Assembly (NCBI RefSeq): GCF_018977255.1
Contig: NW_024704743.1
Location: forward strand, 18,540,001-18,604,000
Direction: 5' to 3'
Length of the DNA: 64,000 nt
From: Callorhinchus milii
Taxonomy: Eukaryota
The notes below the pieces were generated by a model, which searched no databases, was not told the DNA's origin, and saw nothing but the letters and a program-made list of their open reading frames with translations. This document shows, one piece after another, positions 26,033 through 38,220 of this stretch; position 1 is the stretch's first letter, and the number at the start of each line of letters is the position of its first letter. Made by a program: the position numbers and the translations under genes.

Positions 26033-27973
26033 GTTGCTCCTTATGTAAATTGTGTGCTTAAAAGTGTTACTATTCTCTGTGTTGTAAAAACCTCACTACA
26101 AATAAGCCAAAAATACACTGATATTGCAAGTGAATGGATCCTTCTTGAAACTGGAAGTTCCAGTTCTTAGTCTTGCAGCAATTCAGGAAATTCCTACCAC
26201 TTTCAGATGCAAATTAACCTGGGTGGGTTTTATTTAGTCATAGATTTTCAGCATTTACCGTTTTCTGTGTCCAGTTTTTGTATATTTTCCCAATATGTTC
26301 TATCTAAGAGGCTGAACAGGTACAACTGAAATAACTGATGATGCAACCTGTGCAGGAAATTTTAAACCCTGGTTATCAACCCACGAAGACCTTTCACAAT
26401 AAATACAATCTTTGTATTCGATATAGCGCTGTATCAGGTCTTTGAGACATTTCAAAAGATTTAACAGAATATACTGGAAAGTGTAAGTGACTGGGTGTTT
26501 GGGGGCAAAACGCAGGAGCCAATTGTGCACAACAGTGTCCCAAAAAGAGTTGTGGATTGAGTGACCAAATTATTTTTATTATTGTGTTTGAACGTTTTTT
26601 TTCCCCTGGAAAAGTCTAATAACTGGGGTCTTCCTTCCTGTTAGGTAAACAGAGTTGTGTGGAGCAAAGAAACTTGCCTAAGGTTTCACTGTACAAATCA
26701 AAGAAAATTTACGGTAATAATAATATTTTCATTTGATATATCGCCTCTAATGTTCAAAGATCGCAAAGCCTTTTACAGAGGATTGCTGCCAAGTGTGGTG
26801 ATTGCATTTATGGACTTAAAAGCACTCTTCTGTTTTTTTTGTAATAAATACAGGAATGGCTAAAGCCACTTTTTATTGTCTTTCCAGCTGCAATATGAGT
26901 AATGGCGTAATGAGTAATGAGTAAAGTACTGGCGCTAACTCATGTGTATCTCTCCAGTCTAATTTTAATCTTTTACTTATGACTCCAGATGTTTTCTCAA
27001 TAATTCTTCTATCAATGTGAGGGATGTGTGAAGTCGCCCTTCCCTTCAGAATATTACTTCATCTATGTATTGATGTCATAAAACTTTCAACACAATTATG
27101 TCTTATCATTCTCTCGGGTGTCGAAACCAACCTTCGCGATTTTTCCGATTGACTAACACATAACTTAGAGTGGAAAAAACTGGCAACTATGCCTAAAATT
27201 AATCATCAGCTCTCAGTCATTTTTCTAGTTCTGCAGCTGTTACGTTTGCAGGACTCAGAAAGAAATATGTTTGTCTGGAATGAGGGGAGTTGTCAGTGTC
27301 AAAAGACTTTCCAATCCCCACCCCCTTTCTCTGTGACTTTCTAAACCCTATCAACCTGCCTGTTCCCTTCGCTTGGCGGGCATTGGCCTGCTTCACATCC
27401 CCAGCCCTGCCCGCCCGCCCCATCATCGGTGTTTATGTCTTCAGTCTTTCCGCTTCCACCTCTGGAACTCCTTTGGCTCCTTCAAGGTCCACCTCAAGAA
27501 CTTCCTCTTTGACCATGCCTTTGGTCATCTTCCCACCCGCAACCAGACACCAACTTGTTCAAAACTTCGCTGTCCGCATTCTCACTGGCTTGTTGAATCA
27601 AAACGAGGCAAGACCACTCAAAAATGGTAGATGCCCTTTCATAACCGATCCTCTGATGCCGCCTCTGACTCAAGGTTCTTGTCAGGAAAAGTACTAAATT
27701 AAAACTTATGGATTGAAAGGCAAATCGGGAAGCTGGATTGAAACCTGCCACCCCATCCCGTACATATCTCTCCCTGTTTGGGCTGGATTAGCTGCATAGG
27801 ATTTGAAGGCTCAGCCACTGACGATGGTGCAGAGAGGGCAAGTGATATGCAGTAACCGCGAATTAGCTGAGCAGAGATGGCAAACACTGGAGTAGGGTAA
27901 GAGGTGATCGTAGAAATAAGGGAGTGGACAGATTTGGTCACCCTAGGCTAGGAGCTTCACAGCCACTCTAGTG

Positions 27974-28228
27974 GAGTCATGTATTTCAGTGGTTAGAGCA
28001 CTCGCCTCACAAGCGAGAGACCTGGGTTCGATTCCCAGCAGGGCAAAAAATGTTGGGCAAGTTTCCTTACTCCATACGTCTCTGTTTACCTAGCAGTAAG
28101 TAAGAACTCGGTTGCTAGTGGACTGGCGAATCACTTTTCCTTCAAAAAAAAGTATATTCCATGAAGCGCTTTGAGATGTCTTGAAGATGTGATAAGGCAC
28201 TATATCAAATGCAAGGATTATTATTATA
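27974..28228 (+). mobile_element. tRNA-SINE, internally deleted
   Basis: A/B-box-like head tcagtggttagagc...gggttcgattccc and the SINE tail. Confidence 0.8.
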
Positions 28229-31200
28229 TTGGAGGAGGGGCATGGGGAAGTATGGGGAGGTTTGGTGCTGCTCTAATGAGGTGGGGGGGGGGGGGGGGGG
28301 GTTAGGTGATTTGCCTAAAACAATGCTTAAAATGTCTAAGAGTTGGACATTATTTTAGTGATGTCAAAATTAGCTCTGAACCATCTCCCATGTACATTTT
28401 TAATTCAGCAACAATTCTTAATAAATATATTATATCATGTAGTATTAATATTATATTATTGTTATTTATATGATAATTGATCAATTGATTTATCAGCTTG
28501 TTTGTACATACTAAATTTGCCAATTACCTCACTTGTTGTATTTCAGGATCATGTCATTTTAAGACTTTTATTTCCTGTTTATTTTCATTTTATTTCATTT
28601 ATTTGGGCAAAGATTGTAAATGTTTACATTATTGTGTTAAAATTTATTTAGATTTATATGAAATGGTTTATGTATTGTACATATTACTATTACAAGCCTT
28701 GGTTCTTGCAAACCTTCACCGAATACTCTCTTGAACTTTGATAATCCTTGCATTTGATAATCCTTGCATTTCATATTTTGTCATTGAAACATCTTGAAGC
28801 ACTTCACAAGATTTTACTGTGTCGTGATGGTCTTTGTAGATTAGCGTAGCAGTCAAATTGCACACCACAATGTCACATAAACAGCCATGTAGTGAATGAC
28901 CAATGTTTTATCTGGGGTGGGGATTGTTGTCCATGATACCCTTCTCAAATAGTGTCATGGGATCTTTCATGTCCACCTGAACAGCAGACAGAACCTCAAT
29001 TTCATCCCATATTTGGCACCTCCAACAAAGCAGCAAACATCCAGCATTGTATTGGAGAGACAGCCTAAACTGTGAGGTCAAAGTCTCCAGTTAAGGACTG
29101 AACAACCTTCTGATTCAGAGGCAAGAATCCTACCAGTTAAACAATTTTTTATTGACGTCAGCCAGTCTTGGTTAAGCAGGGTGTGTTCCTCCAAGGGAGA
29201 GTGTGCATTCCATTCTAGATAATAATTCCATTCAATTTACAGTGAAATTTCCATAAGTAGATGGTATAGATATCCGGAACATTTTGGTTTGGATACACTG
29301 TAGTTACTTCTAAGTACAATTTTGTTACTCGGCTTCTCACTCCCCAATCACAACAATTAGTTGTTGTGTTAAATTCTTGACTTGTGAGAAACTGTTAGGA
29401 GAAGCTGGACTCCTGTAGGTGAATGTTAATTCATGGAATTAATGCTGAGTTGCTACAAACTGCTCTGAGAGGGAAATCTTACTTTGTCAAGCCAGGAACC
29501 CCCAACTACCCTTGGAGCTGCCCTTCTAGCCTTGGTCAACAGGATTCTTTCTGAGGCTCGTACTCTGTCAGTGATCCAGAATGCAATTGTGGTTTCTATC
29601 CACAAGAAGGGTCACTCTTGTGAGACCGAGAGTTACAGACGAATCTCATGGATTTCAGTGGGCTCTTAAAGTGGTGCTTTGGATGTGTATCGTACACATT
29701 CTTGACTCATCATTTGATCAGGAAGGCTGACTTCCGTTCTCTTGCCACATTCACCTACATAATTACTGCAATTGACATTAAATCCTGATAAGCGCTTTGT
29801 TCATGATGTGATAAGGCATGTTATGAAGTTCAAGGATTATTGTTCGTCATTGTACGCAATACAAAAACTAAAGTAATTACCACACATGTTTTAGATTCAG
29901 TATTGCGGACTACAACTTTTACCTCCAGGTCTGCTGATGTTCTGTCAGTTTTAGAGTGAGAAGGAGTGCAAACTTCTTGCAGATAAATGTCGATAAGACG
30001 GAAGCTATACTCCTTGGATCCTGTCAATATCTTTCTCCTGTGGCTCTGACCTCTTCAACCTCCCCGGCCTGTGTCTCAGACTCACCAAACCTAGGTGCAA
30101 CCTAGGAGTCAGATTCAACCCACAGATGTCCATCCTTCCCCAATCCGGTCCCTGACCAGAACAGCTTTCCTCCACCTCCAATACATTGACCGCTTCTTAC
30201 CAAACACAGCCGAAACACTCATCCATGCATTCATCACCTCCCACCTTGACTATTCGAATGCTCTCCTCACCGGTCTCCCCAGCTTCACTATCCACAAAAT
30301 CCAACAGATACAAAACTCCATCACCGCACTGAACTCAGTGCCCCCATCACACCAGTTCTAATCAGGCTCCACTGGCTGCCTATCACTGACTGAACGGTCA
30401 CCTCCCCACTCCCCCCGGCTCAGTGTCGTGCTCCGCCACTGTCAAGAGCTCTGGGACGCTACTCGGAGTGAGGGGTGCTGTATGAATGCAAGTTACTTAT
30501 TACTTATTTAGCGATGTCACTCCAAATTGTCCAAAGTACATTTAGAAAAAAGCGACCTCAGTTACAATGTTTACAATCTGCAATGTTGAGACCTGCAACA
30601 ACTGCAGAAATGCTGGAAATACAGAGGGCAACAGCAACAATTACTTATTTTCTTGACATATTTTACACACTCAATGGGAAGCCGGGCTGCAGGTTGGTGG
30701 GTGGGGGGGCTGAAGAGGGGAGGGGAGGGGAACACTGAAAACACAGTGCAAGAAATGGATCTAAAGGTGGGTTTTGAAGGCTCAGAGTGAGGTAACAAGG
30801 AATAGAGTTTCAGAATGGGGACAGATTGGCTGAAGGCTTGGAGGCAATTACACTTGGGATGTGAAGCAGGGTGTTATCTACGTCAGTCAGCTACATAACC
30901 ATTGTGGTTATTTTGTGTGTTTGCAGAACAATGCTGGTTTCTGAATAAATAATGTTCTGTAAACAATTGCTAAAAAAAAGTGACACAGAGAGGGTTAAAC
31001 ATTTCCAGCTCTCCTACACAACTTTTGTAGAAGCACGATCTTTGTCTACGTTGGTTTCGCTAAACTTTCATTCCTATTGTTCTATCTAATCCTGAAATCA
31101 ATATTTGGCAAAGGTCTTTAACTATAGGGTCTTGTCGAATTCTGTAGGTGTGTTTCTTGCCACATGACATTTGAAGCAAAGTTACTCAGCTAAATAAATA

Positions 31201-32849
31201 CAAGATGTTAGCTGATACATGAGGTAACCCAGCCTGCCAGACATCAAGTCCTGGATACAATACACATCACATTACAATTTATATTTTAGGAATAATAATT
31301 AGTACAATGCCTTTCGCATTGGGAGGACATCGCAAGGCAATAATAATGGCTTGGCACCTGAGCTGGGGATGGGAGCCGCTGGTGGGGGAAGTGGAAGATG
31401 ACTGAAAACACAGTCAAAGAGGTAAGTCTTGAATGAGATGAGGGAGGTAGTTTCTTTTCCCTCTCCACTGTCTTCAGTCCCCACCAATCATTATTGCTCC
31501 AGGCCATGCTCTGACTATTATTCACTGTCACACAGAACAGCATCATGAAACAGACTGCCCCTTCCAATTCTTTGTGTGTCTCTGACAGATGAGATCCATT
31601 GGCTTGTTAGAAGCAAGCTTTGAACATGTTTGCTTTCGATACAGTCATGTTTAGTCTTGAGGCAAACCTTGAAGGAGGCAAAGGGACTCTACTGTGGGGC
31701 TCCAGAAGTGGGGGCAGAAAGACTTAGACAAGACCGCCGATGGTGTGGCAGGTAGGGTGGGGGACATGAAGCAGGCTATTGCCTGCCAAGTGGAGGGAGC
31801 GGGCAGATTACTAGGGTTTTCGAAGGTTGCACAGAAAAGAGGTGTGGGGGGTTAAGAATTTAGAGGGTCTTGACATTGCCAACTCCCCTCGCTCCAGACA
31901 TGCATATTTCTTTCTGAGTTCCGCAATCTCAACAGCTGCAGAAGTAGGAAAATGTCTGAAAGCAGATGTCTAATTTCAGGTTCACAGCTTCTGCCACTGT
32001 AAACTGGGTGTTGCTTGGTTGGAAAAATCAAGAAAGTTTTGACATCCGAGAGTAAGATAAGTAATTGTGTTAAATGAGCTATGACCTCAATGCATGGATG
32101 AAGTAATATTGTGAAGGGTAGGGCGACTTCACACATTCCTCACATTGACTGAAGCATTATTAGCAAATATCTTAAGTGAAAGATTAAAATTAGACTGGAG
32201 AGATACACATGACGTAGTGTCACAACTTGAGCATGACTCATATTGCAGCTGGAAGGACAATAAAAAGTGGCTTTAGCCATTCCTGTATTTAATACAAAAA
32301 AAAGAAAAGTGCTTTTAAATCCATAAATGCAATCACTACACTTGGCAGCAATCCTCTGTAAAAGGCTTTATGATCTTTGATATATCAAATGAAAATATTA
32401 TTAGTATTATCGTAAATTTTCTTTGATTTGAACGGTGAAACCGTAGGCAAGTTTTTTTACTCCAAGCAACTCTGCTTACCTAGCCAGAAGGAAGAACTCA
32501 ATAATTTGGTCACTCAATCCACAACTCTTTTTGGGACACTGTTGTGCACAATTGGCTCCTGCGTTTTGCCCACAACACCCAGTCACTTACACTTTCCAGT
32601 ATATTCTGTTAAATCTTTTGAAATGTCTCAAAGACCTGATACAGCGCTATATCAAATACAAAGATTGTATTTATTGTGAAAGGTCTTCGTGGGTTGATAA
32701 CCAGGGTTTAAAGTTTCCTGCACAGGTTGCATCATCAGTTATTTCAGTTGTGCCTGTTCAGCCTCTTAATGGATCATATTGGGAAAATATACAAAAACTG
32801 GACACAGAAAGCCAAACGGTGAATGCTGGAAATCTATAACTAAGTAAAA

Positions 32850-32870
32850 CCCGCCCCGGTTAATTTGCAT
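32850..32870 (+). promoter_or_regulatory. GC-box plus octamer (CCCGCCCC...ATTTGCAT) ~200 nt upstream of exon 1a
   Basis: Motif match only. The octamer is also present in the other arm (ATGCAAAT 26207-26214). Confidence 0.3.
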
Positions 32871-33056
32871 CTGAAAGTGGGAGGCATATCATGAATTGCT
32901 GCAAGAAAAGAACTGGAACTTCCAGTTTCAAGAAGGATCCATTCACCTGCAATATCAGTGTATTTTTGGCTTACTTGCAGTGAGGTTTTACGGCATAGAG
33001 GATAGTAACACTTTTAAGCACACCATTTACGTTTAGTGGACTGTACAAGGAGCAAC

Positions 33057-33151
33057 ATGACAAGAAGGAAGAGTTTGTTTTGGATTTGTATATTGTTTGG
33101 TTTGGGCTATTTTGCAGGCTGGATGAATACAATTAAGCCACAATATTTGAG
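33057..33151 (+). CDS. ST8SIA6: ST8SIA6-like copy B first coding exon (distal exon 1a; type II signal anchor)
   Basis: gcaacATG start, MTRRKSLFWICILFGLGYFAGWMNTIKPQYL(R): basic cytoplasmic tail plus TM. Phase-2 donor AG|gtatgt. Joined with the six downstream exons it gives a 1125-nt open frame. Confidence 0.82.
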
Positions 33152-33674
33152 GTATGTTTCTTTTTTTATTTTAAACATTATTTATAAATTTAACTTTAAA
33201 CCATTGTAGTTTGCTACCTGTGGATAATTTTTGTCTAGTTGCTTACATTCGATTTCAAGATTCTCTCACTCGTTCTCAAATCCCTTCAAGGGCTCGCAAA
33301 TCCCCACCAATCTGACCTGCTTATCCCCCACTCCACCACCCGCTGCCTCCGCTCAGCTGGCTCCGGCCTCCTGTTCGTCCTTTGTCCCTTCCGGTCCACC
33401 ATCGGTAGCCATGCCTTCAGCTACTATGTCTCGAAACTCTGGAACTTCAAATCCAACCTTAAAAACCTTCCTTTTTGATTGTGCATATGGTGACCTCCCC
33501 ACTCCCTCTTCCCCTGGCTCGTTGTCAGACTCCGCCATTGTCAAGCGCTCCTGGACACCACCCTGTGTGAAGGGCGCTAAATGAATGTAAGTTGTTATTT
33601 TTAAAACAAAAACTTGCAATACATGTTTAGTGGAGTTGACTGGATTCTGCACAATAGTATATATATATATATTT

Positions 33675-34234
33675 TTAAGCGGGGTCTCCTTGGAGCTGAA
33701 CTATCTCCAAGGTGACATGCTTGGCAACGGAATGTCGGAATTGAGCCAGCCATCCGTGGCTGTCTCGGTAGTCCGGTTCCTGAGCCAGGCGGGTCCACAG
33801 TATTCCAGGGCAGACCTGGAAGGTCAGACCAATCACTCGGGACAGGGAATCCTTCCACTTAGCTCTTGTTACCCCTGCAAGCCAAAGCCCTAACAGATAG
33901 GGTAGTCCTAGCTGGACAAGCAGCGGGAAAGCTTGCCAGACAGCAATTTCAATGGCAAGCTATGTGGTTTTAGTTGGTTGGACTCCAGCTGTACCCCCAT
34001 GCAAACTCTATGGTCCACAAGCCTTGACTCTTGCTTGCCCACCAGCACCTAATACTTACCGGAATTAGGTAAGCAGGATGCATCCCTCCGGGGAGAGAGA
34101 GAGCATTACAACAATCTATCTCTGGGATTTCTATGTGTAGGTGGGATGCATGGAATTATCAGTTTGGTTTGGACACTCTTTAGTATGGTGATGGGTTTCC
34201 ACATGTGTCAGCCAACCAACTGCATCTAAAAAAA
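33675..34234 (+). mobile_element. Unclassified interspersed repeat (~550 bp family)
   Basis: Starts ttaagcggggtctccttggagctgaact and ends gtttccacatgtgtcag...A-run. Related pieces at ~3075-3400, 5385-5790, 12625-12900, 45741-46066, 47810-48020, 54350-54630, 58240-59121. Confidence 0.7.
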
Positions 34235-34959
34235 TGTTTCACGTTGCACTGTTTTTTTCTGGTCATAGAAAAATTTCAGTTTTAGTAGCAAAGGTAATGT
34301 ATAAAGCTGTTAGTACAAATCATTCTCAGTGAAAAAATATTGGGATAAGCATACAAACTGTATCAAAACTGTTTTTGAATACCTATGGGACTTCGCAGGA
34401 ACTGAAAGACTTGGAGGGACATTGCTGTGTGCAACTGGTTGCCAAGTTTCACCCACAAAATACACAGCATTATTTATGTGTGTCAATGATGCCTTCACTC
34501 TTGTTTCCAGAACCACTGTAGTTAGCGTACTTCAACTGAATGTCAACAAAGCCAAATCCAATGCATTATGAATCATTGGAAGTTTCACCACTACTTTTTC
34601 TTGCTGTAGGAAATACTTGGGTCAATTCCAAAACAACCAAATTAAGATATAATTAGGCCAACCAATAACGTTCGCCCACAAATATACAGTCAATTCACTT
34701 TACAGTGTGTTCTGTGAAGCGCTTTGGGACATCCTCCTGACGTGAAAAGCGCTATATCAAATGCAAGGATTATTATTATTATTATTGGCACAAATGTGGA
34801 TATTAATCCCATGCCTGCAGGTGATATCTCCAAGAAAGGTATACAAACAAGGAAAGGGAGTTGACCAAGAATAGAGCTTTGAGGTATACCGCAAATGATT
34901 ATGCAAATGGGGGAGAACAGAAATATAAAACAACAATAATAGTAACCCTTGCATTTACT

Positions 34960-36440
34960 CCACCTCCTTGCCCCTCTACTCACAGACATCATAAATCTCT
35001 CCCTGTCCACTGGTACTGTTCAAACCCCATTAAAAACAGCTGTCATCACTCTTATCTTTAAAAAACCTTCCCTGGACCCATCACTGCTCTTAAACTACCG
35101 CCCCATCTCCAACCTCCCTTTCCGATCCAAGGTGTTATAATGAGCTGTTGCTTCCCAGCTTCACTGCTTCCTCTCCCACCACTCCCTTCATGAACCCCTT
35201 CAATCCATGCCGCCCATAGCACAGAAACAGTCCTGGTCAAAGTGACAAATAACATCCTGTCCATCTGTGACTAGGACTTCCTCTGCCTCCTCATCCTCCT
35301 TGACCTCTCTGCTGCCTTCAACACCGTTCTATCCTCATCCACCGCCTCTCCTCTCACCTCAACTTTCACGGCTTTGTATTTGAATGGTTCAGATCGTACC
35401 TCTCGCACCCCCTCCTCTTAATTTCTCTAAACGGTTTCTCCTCTAGCCCCCACACCATCTTGTGCGGCTTCCTTCAGGGCTCAGTACTTTGTCCCCTCCT
35501 CTTCAATATCTATATGCTCTCTCTTGGTGACATCATCCACAGACATGGGGTCAACTTCCACATGTATGCGGATGACACCCAACTGTACCTTTCTGCCTCC
35601 ACCCTTGACTCCAGGACCACTGCTGTCCTGACTGAATGTCTGTCAGACATCGAGTCCTGGATGAGAGCTAACTTTCTTCAGTCGAACGTCAACAAGTCCG
35701 AGGCCCTCCTGATTGTCTCCCGTCAGCGCCTCCTCACCTCAGGCGTTGATAGCATCACCATTCAAGGATGCACATTCCACCTTGCTAAGCCAGTCCAAAA
35801 CCTTGGTGTCTTGTTTGACCCTCAACTATCCTTTCTACCCTCCATCCATGCCTTGTCCGGCTCTGCCTTCCCCCACCTCCGCAACATCACCCGGCTCCAT
35901 CACTGTCTTACACCCCTGGCCACCGAAACCCTCATACATGCTTTCATTACATCAAGGCTCAACTATGGAAACTCACTGCTTGTCGGCCTCCCCAACACCT
36001 CCCTCCATAGGCTGCAGATCATCCAGAACTCTGCAGCCCGTATCGTTCTCCCGCACTAGGCTCTGCGATCCTATAACCCTCATCCTCGCCCAAGTCCACT
36101 GGCTTTCCATCGCACAGAGGATACAGTTCAAGATCTGTTCAAAGCCCCCCATGGTCTTGCTCCCCACTACCTCTGCAACTTCTTAACCCTTACCAACCTG
36201 CCTGCTCCATCCACTGAGGGGGCTCCGGCCTGCTTCACGTCTCCCACCTTGCCTGCTCCACTGCCTTCTGCCACTCTACCCCCACCCTCTGGAACTCCAT
36301 CCCGCAGTCCCTCCATCTCACCCCCTCCTTCATCACCTTCAAGGCCCACCTCAAGACCCTCCTCTTTGACCGTGCTTTCGATCTCCCTGCTTCCCCCCCT
36401 GCCCTCCCCCATCCCCCACCCTGACCCTCAGCTCGGGTCC
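34960..36440 (+). mobile_element. Longest L2 ORF2 (reverse transcriptase) relic in the window, frameshifted
   Basis: KKPSLDP...NYRPISNLPF, QGSVLCPLLFNIYM, YADDTQLY, NLGVLFD, HAFITSRLNYGNSLL (ORF 35460..36059). Confidence 0.92.
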
Positions 36441-36619
36441 GTAACTGTTGTGTTGTTGATACCTTGCATCCTTGTCATTGGTACAAGTGTATAACACTGT
36501 GTATTTTGTGGGTGAGATGCGGCAGCCAGTTATGCGCATCAATGTCCCAGAGTCGTGTTGTTGAGATGCTTCAAAGTGCTTCCCGAGATGTACTGTATAT
36601 TTTGGATCCCCCAATTGCC

Positions 36620-36955
36620 CTTTATAAAGCCTTTATTACCTGTGTAGCTACTTTCAGAGATTTGTTGATCTGCATCTCTTTGCTCCTCTACTCTTAGATT
36701 TTATCATCCAGACTATAAGCGCTTTCTTTATTTTTCCTTGCAAGTGAATTACTTCATATTTTCGTATGTTAAACTGAATTTGCCTCTATCTTCTCATTCT
36801 GCTAACCTATTATGTTTTGTTGCATTATTCTGTAATTCCCTTCACTGTTTACCATGTCCCCCCAGTTCCATCTGCAAATTTTGACAGCACACCTCCTATA
36901 CCTGAATCCAAATCATTTATGTATATGGTGAACAACTGCAGTCCTAATACAGACA
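36620..36955 (-). mobile_element. CR1-type RT fragment
   Basis: SVLGLQLFTIYINDLDSGIGGVLSKFADGT (degenerate FADD). Confidence 0.7.
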
Positions 36956-38029
36956 GTGAGGAGGCAAGGAATTGGTCTGTCCTAGAGGTGCCAGTGCCTG
37001 CTGAAGCAACGACTGGATTGGTAGAGTTTGAGAAGATTGCAGGCACCATAGGGTGAGGCGAGACCTTGGAGGGATTTAAAGATTAGGATGAGGATTTTGA
37101 ACTCGAGCCAATGGGGGATGGGGAGCCAGTGAAGTTAGACAAGGTTGGGGTTGATAGGTCCGGGAGCCTAGTGCAGGAAGGAAATGAGCTACAGAGTTCT
37201 GTATGATCTGTAGCTTGAGGTGGGCAGAGTTGGGAACTCCAGCAATCATCAGAACAGCATTGAAAGACTCCTCTCAACTGGTAGCAGTTTAGCCCAGTTT
37301 TTCCTGTTTTTGTTCTTGTAAAAAGATGCAAACTTTGCAACATTGTCTTTGGTATATAATAATAATAACAATCATAATAATCATAATCATAATCTTCGCA
37401 TTTGATATAGTGCTTTTCACTTCTATGCAGGCAGGTATTGCTCTGAGTTATGCAAGGAGGATGGAGAGGAAGGGCCAATTGAGTTGAGAAGGTGCATATT
37501 TTCTTTTAGGTCAGGTGGGTGTGTCACATGTGTGGAGACCTATCTTCATGCTTAAGGATATCCAAACCAGAGAGTTGCATATATATGTATGTTACCTAGA
37601 CAGGAAAATTCCTTGTGTCTGGAATGAAATGTACATTCTATAATAATAAGAATTATTATTATTATTATTATTATTAAAATTAGCTGTACCCTTTGCAGCT
37701 ACGTCTGATCCACCAAATCCTGCCTACACGCAGGCTGCCTCATCTATCATCCACAGTGCCCTGAGGTACTGACCTACCTGACACAGGAACCAAATTACCA
37801 AGACCTCCACAGAGGATTGACTCGATTCTGATGTTCCATTGCCAAGCTCCTCACCATGGAGCGAGTCCTGCTCTGTAAAACTCTAATCCATATCTTTATC
37901 ACCTGAAGGTTAAATTTCTCCAGTGGTGCTCTTTGCCAAAATCCTTTGCTTCATTCTTCACACGCTCACGTCAAAGTTCTGCTGCCCATGATCATTAAAT
38001 CTCTCTGGTCTCTTCATCAGTCTGCTGTT

Positions 38030-38220
38030 GTCTTGTTTGTGTGAACGATGTGCTCCACACACTGTTGTTGATAGGGAATTGTGTTATTAAGTTTTAATTT
38101 GCTGTTGGGAGAGCTAAAAATGAGTGAAAATTAAATCTTCTGCTGTGTCTAGTATTAGTGAATCAAGTAAAGTGCTGGCCAATAATCTCCAAATAAAAAT
38201 TGGGTTTTCATTTCATGGCT
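38030..38220 (+). pseudogene. Deletion scar of proximal exon 1b in copy B
   Basis: 38030-38107 matches the reverse complement of ~15839-15906 (upstream of copy A's ATG). 38112-38220 matches the reverse complement of ~15181-15280 (intron). The intervening ~560 bp containing exon 1b is absent. Confidence 0.8.

Larger units (their letters stand above)
25603..27530. repeat. Inner left arm of inverted duplication (exon 1a and upstream region; pairs with ~31640-33220)
   Basis: For example 26060-26900 is the reverse complement of 32235-33020. ORFs 26300..26530(-) and 32531..32839(+) share the same peptide. Confidence 0.92.
31640..33220. repeat. Inner right arm of inverted duplication
   Basis: Reverse complement of ~25603-27530. 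An unpaired spacer lies at ~27530-31640. Confidence 0.92.

Noticed and set aside
27974..28045. tRNA gene (also at 43295-43367, 11150-11225 and others)
   Set aside because: The tRNA-like segment continues directly into a SINE body and tail, so these are SINE heads.
35460..36059. 199-aa RT ORF with YADD as an active or domesticated reverse transcriptase
   Set aside because: It is flanked by frameshifted, stop-containing L2 sequence and lacks the endonuclease, so it is an ordinary dead copy.
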